NCBI GenBank assembly: GCA_013360215.1
Contig: JABWCP010000020.1
Location: forward strand, 1 to 57,977
DNA: 57,977 nucleotides
Direction: 5' to 3'
Origin: a bacterium
Lineage (GTDB): Bacteria; CLD3; SB21
The position numbers and the translations under genes were made by a program. The notes beneath the pieces were generated by a model. That model was not told the DNA's origin and did no database searches. It saw only the letters and a program-made list of their open reading frames with translations. Every line of letters starts with the position of its first letter. The stretch's first letter is position 1. This document shows positions 28,230 to 38,325 of this stretch, in pieces.

Positions 28230-28469
28230 CTGATAATGTGATTTTTATCAGGCGAATCTGATGACGATACTACCGTAAAGCAATTTGAACATTGTCACAA
28301 TTGACGACAAAAGCCTTCTCTGTGGGCTTCTACAGCGATTTCGCCTTTGTTTGTATCTATAACCTATATTGATTGTGTAGCGACTGTTTGCAGTTTCTGA
28401 TTATTTGTGTACTGACAGTGATCATAGGAATGTCTGACAACATGAGCTACCATTATCATTTCATATAAT
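28230..28469 (+). promoter_or_regulatory. Regulatory region upstream of the nitronate monooxygenase with CRP/FNR-like TGA-N6-TCA sites and a TATAAT box
   Basis: TGTGA-TTTTTA-TCAGG (~28237), TTTGA-ACATTG-TCACA (~28284), CTGA-CAGTGA-TCAT (28412), TATAAT at 28464-28469. Confidence 0.4.
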
Positions 28470-28501
28470 ATGTAATCGTCTTATCAATAACGGAGTTATC
28501 A

Positions 28502-29938
28502 ATGAGTTTACCTTTAATTATCCAAGGTGGAATGGGTGTTGCCATTTCCGACTGGCGATTAGCCAGGGCTGTTTCTATAACCGGTCAGTTAGGTGTTGTG
28601 TCCGGCACAGGGATCAGCCGTATTTTCACTTCGCGGCTTATGCAGGGTGATGTGTCGGGTATGATACGCGAAGCGCTATCCCATTTTCCCTCTAAGGAAT
28701 CCGTACAATCCGTTCTCGAACGCTATTTCATTCCTGGTGGAAAATCTACTGAAGATCCTTATAAATCACAGCCGGTTTACTCGTTGAATCCATCCGTTTT
28801 TTTGGAACAGCTAACTACGCTGGCCAATTATGTAGAAGTTTTTCTTGCAAAACGTGAACATACTGGCATTGTCGGCATCAATCTTCTTGAAAAAGTACAA
28901 ATGCCTAACCTCGCTTCGCTCTATGGAGCTATGTTGGCAGGCGTTGACTATGTATTGATGGGAGCGGGAATCCCTACTCAAATTGCAGGAATATTGGACA
29001 AACTTAGAAATCACGAACCCGTCAGTTACCGCTTAGACATTCAAAATTCATCCCCAAATGACGAAGTTCGCTTTCATTTTGATCCGCAAAAAATTTTTCC
29101 AGACATCGCAAAATTGACAAGCACACTCAAGCGCCCAAAATTTATTCCGATTGTTTCATCCACCGTACTTGCGCAAGCTTTGATCAAACGAAGTGAAGGC
29201 AAGATCGATGGTTTTATCGTCGAAACGCCGACAGCCGGAGGTCATAATGCGCCGCCACGCGGATCCATGCGACTAAATGAACGGGGAGAGCCGATATACG
29301 GAGAAAAAGATAAAGTTGATATCGCGAAGTTAAAAGAATTAGGCCTGCCTTTTTGGTTAGCCGGAGGTTTCGGACATCCGGAAAAACTGAAAGAAGCCGT
29401 TAATAACGGAGCCGCAGGAATTCAAGTCGGTACTTTATTTTCTTTATGCGATGAATCCGGAATGGATGCCCTACTCAAAAAACAAACCTTACAAAAAATC
29501 TTGGATAAAAACGTAAAAATAATAACCAACCCCGTTATTTCCCCTACCGGGTTCCCTTTCAAAGTCACGCAAATCAAAGGCACGGCATCGGATACTGAGG
29601 TGTATTCTGCCCGTGAACGAATATGCGATTTAAGTCTTTTGCGAACGGTATCCAAAAACGATGACGGAACTATCGTCTATCGCTGTCCCGCCGAGCCAGT
29701 GGAAGAATATGTACGCAAAGGAGGCCACGCAGAAGATACTATAGGTCGTACCTGTCTTTGCAATAATCTGGTGGCCGCTGCCGGATTTCCCCAAATCCGA
29801 AAAAACGGCTATGTCGAACCGCCTCTGGTGACATCCGGCGATGATTTAGAAAGTGTGAATATCTTCATCTCAAAAGATAAATTAAATTATTCGGCCAAAG
29901 AAGTTATCAATTACCTTATGAAACAAAATAATCGATAA
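28502..29938 (+). CDS. Nitronate monooxygenase / 2-nitropropane dioxygenase-like FMN enzyme
   Basis: IIQGGMG, MGAGIP, AGGHN, LAGG, GIQVGT; Cys-containing C-terminus; GGAG RBS. Confidence 0.88.
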   Translation: MSLPLIIQGGMGVAISDWRLARAVSITGQLGVVSGTGISRIFTSRLMQGDVSGMIREALSHFPSKESVQSVLERYFIPGGKSTEDPYKSQPVYSLNPSVFLEQLTTLANYVEVFLAKREHTGIVGINLLEKVQMPNLASLYGAMLAGVDYVLMGAGIPTQIAGILDKLRNHEPVSYRLDIQNSSPNDEVRFHFDPQKIFPDIAKLTSTLKRPKFIPIVSSTVLAQALIKRSEGKIDGFIVETPTAGGHNAPPRGSMRLNERGEPIYGEKDKVDIAKLKELGLPFWLAGGFGHPEKLKEAVNNGAAGIQVGTLFSLCDESGMDALLKKQTLQKILDKNVKIITNPVISPTGFPFKVTQIKGTASDTEVYSARERICDLSLLRTVSKNDDGTIVYRCPAEPVEEYVRKGGHAEDTIGRTCLCNNLVAAAGFPQIRKNGYVEPPLVTSGDDLESVNIFISKDKLNYSAKEVINYLMKQNNR

Positions 29939-29958
29939 TCGAATGGGGAAATTTGAAA

Positions 29959-29990
29959 ATAGTGATTGACTCTATAGTGATTGACTCTAT
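29959..29990. repeat. 15-bp tandem duplication (ATAGTGATTGACTCT x2)
   Basis: Seen directly: ATAGTGATTGACTCT ATAGTGATTGACTCT AT. Confidence 0.85.
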
Positions 29991-29998
29991 TACGGTGC

Positions 29999-30030
29999 AA
30001 AAAAACGAGGTTTGGTAACCTCGTTTTTTT
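29999..30030. terminator. Bidirectional rho-independent terminator
   Basis: AAAAAAACGAGGTT-TGGT-AACCTCGTTTTTTT between convergent genes. Confidence 0.85.
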
Positions 30031-30118
30031 ATGTAAAATCGTAACGATATTTTGGTTTAAGAATGGTTTGTGTTTTTTACTACGCTAATGGGAATGCAAA
30101 TTTGTGCAAAGCCATAAG

Positions 30119-30917
30119 TCACTTTGACTTTCGTTGAAATGAGTCGATCTGAAAAAATACCTCTTCAGGCATCGGCAAATGGCCTTTACCCGGTATTACA
30201 TGTTCAGCAATATTGGCAGAACTCTGACGTTGCGCTATGGCTTTACCTTCAAGCCACTGACCGTAGAACCGCCCGCCGGATGACCAGGAAGAATCCAAAC
30301 TGCCGACGAGGTTGATCAGAGGTAAATTACGATTTTCCCCTGCAATCGGAAGTACCGTTTCTCCGAGACAACGATTTCTTAAATTACCGGTCACAGTGAC
30401 CGCGGCATTTAATTTTCCGGATGCAATAATGTCATCGCCCACGCCAAATGAGCGCCGCCTCAAAGCCAGTAATATGTATGCGCGCTTCGCCGTTGTACCA
30501 TTGTGTAACATCCTGTAATACGGCATCAAGTCCTTGCAAATCAAAAGCACAAGTTCCTTCGCGATCAATTTGATCCCAGGTGTCCGATGTATAAGGAAAT
30601 ATATCAGGATTACGCAGACCCTGATTCCCATTCGTTACGATAAACGGTGCCACGATGATGTAAGGTCGTTCGCCGCGCGCTTTTATGAAACGAAGTGCAT
30701 TTTCTTGGAACTGTTTTTCTACGGCTTCGCAGACTACCAACACTGGCCATGTTTTTGTATTACTCCACTCTTTGGGTAGTGATAAGTAATACTGCATCGC
30801 ATGATCTTTAGCTTTCAAGAGCAAAAGATTTTCTCGATGAGCCTTGACATCGATCGACACTAAAAAGAAAGTTACATACAGAAATGCAGTCGAACTTTTT
30901 AAAAGATTTAAACTCAT
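30119..30917 (-). pseudogene. Frameshifted secreted alpha/beta hydrolase (esterase/PHB depolymerase-like)
   Basis: N-terminal half YYLSLPKEW..KTWPVLV...HITGF and C-terminal half LNAAVTVTGN...VGSLD...GKGH lie in different frames. Restoring two single bases gives GFEAGAHLAWAMTLLHPEKLNAA. Confidence 0.7.
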
Positions 30918-30939
30918 ATCTTTTATTTTATAATAAACA

Positions 30940-30965
30940 CTACCCCGCCAAGTTTGACGGGGTAG
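30940..30965 (-). terminator. Hairpin/terminator after the M61 peptidase cluster
   Basis: CTACCCCGCCA-loop-TGACGGGGTAG followed by TGTTTATT on the minus strand. Confidence 0.6.
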
Positions 30966-31023
30966 CTCGTTTAAAAAAAATCGAAAGGACAAATCATTAA
31001 ATCCTTACATATCTGTCGAAGCG

Positions 31024-32862
31024 CTATTTTCCTTTAAAAGATTTCAACCACCACGAATGAAACTGTTGTTGTTCCGCTGAGGGTTCTCTGACCGGAGTTA
31101 TTACATGATTTTCCATGATTTCAATTTTACCGGCTGTACCTTGCAATATCATTTCTTTGGCATCGCGCTCGATTTTCCACGCAAAGGATTCGCCGGGTTG
31201 CATGGTTTGGCGAATTTGCTGCATCGCAGGATCGCGCAAATCATAAAGCTTATCCTGATACCACATCCCCAATATCACATCCCCTTCGCGAATTCCCGTT
31301 TGGCGATTGACTTCGTTCGTCGTGTCAACACCGCTAACCACAACTTTATCGTGGTCTAACGACAACGAGAAGGTACCTCGCACGGAACGAAATCTACCGG
31401 TCGGCTTTGATTTAACGTAATCATATCCTGCTTTTGCAATGTATTCTCTCACCGGTAGAGGCTCGTTACCCTGGATATATCGTTTAATAAAATCATCGAT
31501 TTCAGGGTACGTCATCTTGACGATGATATCAAAAAATTCTGAATCCGGAAAAGCTTTATCCGGTCCGTATTTTTTGGAAAGCTTCAATACGACATCGCGC
31601 AACCCTGTTTTTCCTTTCGAAAGCTCTAACAATCGCATATCGAGTAACATGGCCGTCAAAGCACCTTTGGCATAGATATTTTGATACTGCGCGTTTAAGT
31701 GCCCATACGAACCTAAGGATAGATCCACCAAGCTGACGCGCGGATCATAATTGTCGTTGACACTCATTTTTTGAGAAACTCTCTCACAGAACTCATTTGG
31801 TTGAACTAATCCGCTGCGCACCTGCATAATCTGTGCTGCCCATTCCGTAACCCCTTCATAGAACCACAAATGGCGTGATGGCGTGGGTTGTTCAAAATTA
31901 AATCGTTCGATGATTTCACTATGAATGTTAAGCGGCGTGACAATGTGAAAAAATTCATGCGCCGCCGTACTTCTGATGATATCCACAAGTCCGGAACCCA
32001 TACCTCCGCCTGAAGGAAAAGAAGTGCTCTCCGGTAGAATGTAAAACGAGGAATAACTGTGTTCCCATGCACCCCAAGCCGGCAAAGGATCTGAGGTAAA
32101 CTTATATAAGAAGGCATAACGTTTGACCGGCAGTCCTCCTAGAAATTGCTCTGCTGATATCAAAATATCTTTAAGGTGCGAAAGCAGACTGTCAGCCGCC
32201 ATCGTTCCATTTTTGGCATGACAAAATACATCCACCTGAGCTCCGCCGATTTTCATACCGGCTTTAGTCAGCTTACCAAACAAAAACGGAGAGTCAACCA
32301 CTTCATCGAAAGTTTTAGCTTTATAGGTTCCGTTTTTTTCTTCAAGCGCTGTACCGACCAGCCATCCTTGGGGATAATTGTATTTGATCTGCATCGGATT
32401 TGACTGAAAGCCCTGAAAATATCCGAAAACCATCTGACCGTTGAGTAAAACATTATCCGTTTCGATCGAAGATCCGCTCATCGGACCCACTTGATCTTCT
32501 TTGATTATTGTATCATACGAATCCTCGACTTGATATCGGATCGTATGTAGTTTTTTGGCACCCGCGATGACATACTGATTAACGCTGCGATGTATAACCG
32601 GCAACACACGCCCTTTTTCATCATACGCCGTAAAACCACCGACAAAACGACCGATATCCATTACTTGGTACGTGCCAGGTGCCGTCGAGGCAAACTGAAA
32701 CACCGTCGTGTCGTTTTGAATTCCTTTAACGTGCAACGTAACAAAAAAAGAATCTTTTTCTATTTTGGTCAAATCAACATCGTATCGCAAATCTAGTTTA
32801 TCTCCGGCAAGTACGGAACCTGCGGTTATTATAATCGATGCAATGGTGCTTAATATTTTCAC
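31024..32862 (-). CDS. M61 family glycyl aminopeptidase with PDZ-like domain (paralogue 3)
   Basis: Signal peptide, APGTY, DSP, AWEH, HEFFH, YEGVTEW; GTG start. Confidence 0.9.
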   Translation of the reverse strand: MKILSTIASIIITAGSVLAGDKLDLRYDVDLTKIEKDSFFVTLHVKGIQNDTTVFQFASTAPGTYQVMDIGRFVGGFTAYDEKGRVLPVIHRSVNQYVIAGAKKLHTIRYQVEDSYDTIIKEDQVGPMSGSSIETDNVLLNGQMVFGYFQGFQSNPMQIKYNYPQGWLVGTALEEKNGTYKAKTFDEVVDSPFLFGKLTKAGMKIGGAQVDVFCHAKNGTMAADSLLSHLKDILISAEQFLGGLPVKRYAFLYKFTSDPLPAWGAWEHSYSSFYILPESTSFPSGGGMGSGLVDIIRSTAAHEFFHIVTPLNIHSEIIERFNFEQPTPSRHLWFYEGVTEWAAQIMQVRSGLVQPNEFCERVSQKMSVNDNYDPRVSLVDLSLGSYGHLNAQYQNIYAKGALTAMLLDMRLLELSKGKTGLRDVVLKLSKKYGPDKAFPDSEFFDIIVKMTYPEIDDFIKRYIQGNEPLPVREYIAKAGYDYVKSKPTGRFRSVRGTFSLSLDHDKVVVSGVDTTNEVNRQTGIREGDVILGMWYQDKLYDLRDPAMQQIRQTMQPGESFAWKIERDAKEMILQGTAGKIEIMENHVITPVREPSAEQQQFHSWWLKSFKGK

Positions 32863-32884
32863 CTTCGTCTCCTGATTCTGTAGA

Positions 32885-34684
32885 TTAATTACTTAGCCAA
32901 CGTTTACGAAAAGCCAATTGGTCCGACGTCGGTTTCTCGACGGGAAGTATGACATGGGGCTTGATATTTTTTTTGACACCGGCCTTGGCTGTAAGCTTGA
33001 TCTCTTCACTGCCACGTTGTACGATCAAGCCAAATTCTTCGCCGGGCTTAACGCTATTCATAGCTTTTTGGACACCCGGTTTGCCTAATCGAAATTCCGT
33101 ACTGTCTTTGATGAAGCCAAGGAAAGCATCGCCGTTTTGCAAGCCCAGTTTGGCCGTCACGGCATTGGATGCATCCACGTCTTTAAATGTTATCTTATCC
33201 GTACCATAATCAAAATCAAACTTGCCCATGTCCGTTTTTTCTTCATTCGTTTCAAACTTTGCATGATAGGCATAACCCGCCAAATTCAGCATTCTTTCTA
33301 CGGGCAATGGTTCGTATCCTTTGATATAACGATCAATAAAATCTTTCATGTCGGGGTGCGTCATTTTGACGACAATGTCAAAAATTTCTTTTTCCGGAAA
33401 TGCTTTTTTCGGTCCGTACTGCTTGGCCAGTTTTTTAACCAAATCATTTAAACCCATTTTACCCTTGGTGAGTTCGAGCAGTCGCATATCAAAAAGCATC
33501 ATCGTCAATGCACCGCGGACGTAAATATTACCATACTGTGGCGCCAATTCACCAAACGATCCGTGCGCGAGATCGACTAAACTAAGATCCGAACGAAAAT
33601 AATCACTGGTAACTAATTTATTCGTAATACGCTCTGTAAATTCATCCGAAGTAATCATGCCGCCGCGCACTTGCATGAGATGGGAAGCCCATTCCGTCGT
33701 TGCCTCGTACAACCAAAGATGATCGGAAGGCGTCGGTTTTACAAAATTGAATTGCTGGATAATTTCACTGTGAATATTGAGCGGTGTTACAATATGAAAA
33801 AATTCATGCGCGGAAAAATCTTTCACCGTTTCACCATAAACACTCATCGGTTTTTCAGGCATGACGTATTCTGAGGAATAGCTATGTTCCCATGCACCAT
33901 AAACCGCCGGCACGTCTTGACGAAAATGATATAAAAACGCATACCGCTTTACAGGCAATTCACCTAAAAATTTTTCCGCAGCGACCAGCATCGCTCGCAA
34001 TGCTTCAAGCAACGAATCAGCCGTAACGATATTATTTTGCGAATAACAGTAGATACCTACTTCAGCACCGCCAACCTTGGTTTTCACTTCGGTCAATCGC
34101 CCTAATAAAAACGGCGAATCTACGATGTGATCAAACGAATCAGCCGAATATATGCCGTTTTTTGGAGTAAGCGCAGTTGCAATTTTCCAATCTTTCGGGC
34201 AATCAATTTGCACTTGTATCGGATTAGCCTGATACCCGTGAAAGTATCCAAAAACCATCTGGCCGTTAATAAGCGCATTGTCTTTTTCAATATTGGATCC
34301 GGCCATCGGATAAATGGGGTGAACGGTTAAATTGGTGTCATTAACATCTTCTACGCGATACGATATAATAGCCAAATTTTTAGCGTCATTGATTACATAT
34401 TGATTAATGCCGCGTTGTACGACGGGAAGCGATTTCCCTTTGCTGTCGCTGGCCGTAAAACCATTGACAAAGCGACCGACATCCATCACCTGATATGTAC
34501 CGGGCGCTGTCGAAGCGAATTGAAATACCGCCGAATCATTTGACCATCCTTTTACAGCCAGTGTCACATAAAACCGATCTTGCATAGGTTCGGAAATGTC
34601 TACACGGTAATTTAGTTTGATATCCCCTGCGATAAGCGACCCGGAAAAGGTAACAGCCATTACCCATAGTTTCATCCAACGCAT
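32885..34684 (-). CDS. M61 family glycyl aminopeptidase (paralogue 2)
   Basis: Signal peptide, APGTY, DSP, AWEH, HEFFH, YEATTEW. Confidence 0.9.
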   Translation of the reverse strand: MRWMKLWVMAVTFSGSLIAGDIKLNYRVDISEPMQDRFYVTLAVKGWSNDSAVFQFASTAPGTYQVMDVGRFVNGFTASDSKGKSLPVVQRGINQYVINDAKNLAIISYRVEDVNDTNLTVHPIYPMAGSNIEKDNALINGQMVFGYFHGYQANPIQVQIDCPKDWKIATALTPKNGIYSADSFDHIVDSPFLLGRLTEVKTKVGGAEVGIYCYSQNNIVTADSLLEALRAMLVAAEKFLGELPVKRYAFLYHFRQDVPAVYGAWEHSYSSEYVMPEKPMSVYGETVKDFSAHEFFHIVTPLNIHSEIIQQFNFVKPTPSDHLWLYEATTEWASHLMQVRGGMITSDEFTERITNKLVTSDYFRSDLSLVDLAHGSFGELAPQYGNIYVRGALTMMLFDMRLLELTKGKMGLNDLVKKLAKQYGPKKAFPEKEIFDIVVKMTHPDMKDFIDRYIKGYEPLPVERMLNLAGYAYHAKFETNEEKTDMGKFDFDYGTDKITFKDVDASNAVTAKLGLQNGDAFLGFIKDSTEFRLGKPGVQKAMNSVKPGEEFGLIVQRGSEEIKLTAKAGVKKNIKPHVILPVEKPTSDQLAFRKRWLSN

Positions 34685-34782
34685 CGAACGTCTCCTCTAT
34701 AAAAAATGATGATATCGTTTCAAGTGTTTGAAATACGTTAATGGTTACGAAATGTTTCTTGGTTTTTTTAAAAATACCGGAT

Positions 34783-36591
34783 TCAGGGGATATGGAGCCA
34801 AATGCGACGGAAACGAAGCTGTTCCGGAGTGGGATCGGATACGGGGCGAATACGATGTTTTTCGATAACAGGGGCACGACCGGCCAAAGCATTTAACGTC
34901 AACGTTTGTGAACCGCGGCGAACAACCCAGGCAAACGATGCGCCTTCGTCTATAAATGAGAAAAATTCAATAAGCGAAACATCGGTCAAAGGCAGATCAA
35001 TGTTATTAAGTACCATTTTTTCGATGATGTCGCCAACTTGCAAACCCAATCCGGTACAAACCGAATCGTTGGGATCAACGGAGGTAACGATTACCATCGT
35101 GTCTTTTTGCATCACTTCAAAAAGCCCAAGGTGATTACGCATCCGCGTTGTTTCATACTTGGATTCGTATTGATAACCTGCCTTGATAAGATATTCCGCT
35201 ATAGGCAGCCGCTCCGATCCGCGAATGTAGCGATCCATGAATTCACGCACCTCCGAATAGGTGTGATCAACAATGATATCGTATAAGGAACTGTCGGTAA
35301 AAGATTTCCCCGCACCATATTTTTTTACAAGTGCCATGATCACATCGCGAAGTCCACGTTTACCATCGGAAAGTTCCAATAATTTCATATCCAATAGTGC
35401 TGCTGTAAGCGCACCGCGTTCGTAGATATTAGCATATTGATCTTCATACACATCATACGCGCCGAGGCTCATCGTTTCGAGACTGATATCCGGCTTGTAT
35501 CGATCGTTGCGCAGTAGTTTTTCGCGTAAGCGCTGCATATATACGCTGTCGGGGATGACTCCGGTGCGTACCTGCATGATATCACTGGCCCACTCGGTAA
35601 CGCCTTCATAAAGCCAGAGATGACGCGAGGGTGTCGGACGATCAAAGCGATACGGGACGATTTTTTCACTGTGCAAATTGAGCGGCGTGATGATATGAAA
35701 AAACTCATGTGCCGCTATGCTTTGTACGATGGGCCGAAGGCCTTCGAGTTTCATTTCCGGGATGACATAAAACGACGAATAATTATGCTCCAGCGCGCCG
35801 TATATCGGCCCGGTATCTTCACGAAAATGGAATAAAAAAACATAACGATCTACCGGTAATGTGCCAATAAATTTTTTTGATGCATTCAGTATATCTTTGA
35901 GTTGCGAGCGTAACCAGGTCGCGTTAACACGATTTTTTTCAGAATAACAATAAACCGATATCTTGGTTTTATCCATTGTCCAATGAGCCGTCGTAAGGCG
36001 ACCGGCCATAAGCGGCGCATCTACCAAATCATCGTAAGTCGGTGCTATGAGGTAACCGTCTTTAGAAACTAACGCCGTACCCAATTTCCAATCAGCAGGC
36101 ATCGTAACGCGTAAACGATATGGAATATTTTGAAATTCAGAAAAGTACCCGAATGTCATGAACCCGTTGATGACGATATTGTCCGGCTCTATATTCGTGC
36201 CACCCATCGGATGTATGGGGTTTTCACCGATTCGTTCACCGAAGCTGTCATTAACCTTGTACACAATGCGTGCAAGGCGCCGTGCTTCGTCTATACGAAA
36301 TTGATTTACCGACGTACGTGTGACGGTAAGTTCGCGCCCTGATGTGTCCAACGCGGAGAAACTTCCTACAAAACGGCCTGCATCCAATATCGCATACGTA
36401 CCGGGCGCCGTCATCGGGAACTGAAAAAGTGCGGATGAATGGGGATATTTTTTTATATCAAGCTGAACAAAAAACGAATCGTCGTCCAATGACGTCAGAT
36501 CCATGCGGTAAGTCAACTCAGGTAATTGCGCAAATGCCGAAACAGCTATGTGCGCAAATATAACCCATAAGAAAAATACCCGCCGCGTCAT
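34783..36591 (-). CDS. M61 family glycyl aminopeptidase (paralogue 1)
   Basis: APGTY, ALEH, HEFFH, YEGVTEW; start re-assigned to MTRRVFF at 36591 (ATGA overlap with csaA). Confidence 0.9.
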   Translation of the reverse strand: MTRRVFFLWVIFAHIAVSAFAQLPELTYRMDLTSLDDDSFFVQLDIKKYPHSSALFQFPMTAPGTYAILDAGRFVGSFSALDTSGRELTVTRTSVNQFRIDEARRLARIVYKVNDSFGERIGENPIHPMGGTNIEPDNIVINGFMTFGYFSEFQNIPYRLRVTMPADWKLGTALVSKDGYLIAPTYDDLVDAPLMAGRLTTAHWTMDKTKISVYCYSEKNRVNATWLRSQLKDILNASKKFIGTLPVDRYVFLFHFREDTGPIYGALEHNYSSFYVIPEMKLEGLRPIVQSIAAHEFFHIITPLNLHSEKIVPYRFDRPTPSRHLWLYEGVTEWASDIMQVRTGVIPDSVYMQRLREKLLRNDRYKPDISLETMSLGAYDVYEDQYANIYERGALTAALLDMKLLELSDGKRGLRDVIMALVKKYGAGKSFTDSSLYDIIVDHTYSEVREFMDRYIRGSERLPIAEYLIKAGYQYESKYETTRMRNHLGLFEVMQKDTMVIVTSVDPNDSVCTGLGLQVGDIIEKMVLNNIDLPLTDVSLIEFFSFIDEGASFAWVVRRGSQTLTLNALAGRAPVIEKHRIRPVSDPTPEQLRFRRIWLHIP

Positions 36592-36914
36592 GAAATCCTC
36601 AAACCGTTTGCAACAGGTCGCTCGGTTTGAAGCAATACAACCCCTTCCGGTGTTACCACGCCGAGCACAAGACATTCCGAAAAGAAATTGGCAATTTGTT
36701 TGGGTGGGAAATTGACAACAGCGAGGATTTGTTTTCCGATGAGGGCTTGTTTGTCATACATATCCGTGATCTGTGCACTCGAGCGTTTGATGCCTGCCAC
36801 TCCAAAATCAATTGTGAGTTGATAAGCGGGCTTCCGTGCTTTGTGAAAATCATTTACTTCGATGATCGTACCGGTGCGAATTTCCACCTTGTCAAAATCG
36901 TCGTAGCTGATCAT
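36588..36914 (-). CDS. csaA: CsaA tRNA-binding/export chaperone (OB fold)
   Basis: ARKPAYQL.IDFG, KRSSAQIT, VVNFPPKQIANFFSECLVLG. Confidence 0.9.
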   Translation of the reverse strand: MISYDDFDKVEIRTGTIIEVNDFHKARKPAYQLTIDFGVAGIKRSSAQITDMYDKQALIGKQILAVVNFPPKQIANFFSECLVLGVVTPEGVVLLQTERPVANGLRIS

Positions 36915-37669
36915 AGTTTTCCGCTCAGATAGGCTAATCCCTGAATACCCAAATCGGGTTTGATTTCATGAATAGTGCGCGAAACTTTGGCAAATTTGGC
37001 GATCATGCCGCCGCTGGCCAAAACAGGCATATCCGGTTTTCCTAATTGCTCACGCATACGCGTTACGAGCCCGTCTATCATACCCGCATAACCAAAGATC
37101 ACACCGCTGCGCACCGCATCATCAGTATTTTGACCGATCGGCGAATTCGGTACATCCAAATAAACTGTTTTAAGTAATGCCGCTTTTGCAATCAATGATT
37201 CGACCGAACCTTTGATACCCGGCGAAATAGCACCGCCTTGAAAAACACCATCGCTCACGGCAAAAACCGTCGTCGCCGTGCCTGCGGAAACAATGATGAC
37301 ATCTTTTCCTTTCAGACGAACCGCCGCTTCGGCTAATATCAAAATATCCGCACCAACCTGATGATTGATTGCCGGATGAAATCCATAACTCAAAGGTGAC
37401 TTAACATCAATAAAAGATGATTTCACTCCACGGGTTTCTTCCAATAACTGAAACGCTATGGTGACCGACGGCACGACACTGGCGATTAGCAGCTCCGGTA
37501 TCGTATCCAATTTGGCCTCACGGCAAACATTCTGAAGTTGAAAATAATATTCATCAACGGAGCGTTCCGAATCCGTACGAAACCGCCATACGTCCACAAC
37601 ACGCTCGCCGTCCAGCACGCCGATTTTGATATGCGTATTCCCGACGTCAATTCCCAGTCTTGTGCTCAT
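36911..37669 (-). CDS. coaX: Type III pantothenate kinase-like protein (divergent active site)
   Basis: DVGNT, SVVP, GAD, GTATT, GGAISPG, GQNT..AVRSG, SGG. Confidence 0.85.
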   Translation of the reverse strand: MSTRLGIDVGNTHIKIGVLDGERVVDVWRFRTDSERSVDEYYFQLQNVCREAKLDTIPELLIASVVPSVTIAFQLLEETRGVKSSFIDVKSPLSYGFHPAINHQVGADILILAEAAVRLKGKDVIIVSAGTATTVFAVSDGVFQGGAISPGIKGSVESLIAKAALLKTVYLDVPNSPIGQNTDDAVRSGVIFGYAGMIDGLVTRMREQLGKPDMPVLASGGMIAKFAKVSRTIHEIKPDLGIQGLAYLSGKL

Positions 37670-38223
37670 ACTTGCACTCCCAATTTTTTTCCGACCGCTT
37701 GAATAAATTCAAATTTGCCTTGTGCGTACGTATTTTTATCTTCAGGTACGTTTTCAGATAATTTATATTTTAAATCCGCATACGCATCCCGCAAAGCCTT
37801 ATCACGGCGCAAAACATCACGAAACGTAATATGACGTCCCCAAAACGGCGACGTTCTGGCAGCCGCATGAATATGAAATAAATGATCGCGCGCTCCGTAA
37901 TCCGGATTCCAATTTATGGATTTCTCTTCGACATTATTTTTTGGTCTAATAAAAAAACGTCTTTCTGGAATATATTTTTCGTACTCCGGTATATACCGAT
38001 AATCCGCATCCGTCAATTTAGACACCATCGCTTGGAGTTCGATCATATCGTCAGTTCCGATCAAAATATCCACGACAGGTTTAGCCGCTAAACCCGGTAC
38101 AGCGGTACTTCCGATATGTTCGATACTCAAGGTCTTATCAGGCCAAAGTTTCGTTAACCGCCGGGATTCGGATTCAAATAGGACAGCCCACTGCGCATCA
38201 TACGCGATAACATGAATTTTCAA
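37666..38223 (-). CDS. GrpB family protein (nucleotidyltransferase-like fold)
   Basis: EHIGSTAVPGLAAKPVVDI, HIH, FRD.LR, YADLK, YAQGK; probable TTG start at 38223. Confidence 0.88.
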   Translation of the reverse strand: MKIHVIAYDAQWAVLFESESRRLTKLWPDKTLSIEHIGSTAVPGLAAKPVVDILIGTDDMIELQAMVSKLTDADYRYIPEYEKYIPERRFFIRPKNNVEEKSINWNPDYGARDHLFHIHAAARTSPFWGRHITFRDVLRRDKALRDAYADLKYKLSENVPEDKNTYAQGKFEFIQAVGKKLGVQV

Positions 38224-38325
38224 TGATATAATACAGATAAGGTTATAGGAAAGTGAATATCCCGTATTGCAATAAACATAACCAATGCGTATTATTTTTT
38301 CAAACAATAACAGGAATGATTTCTG

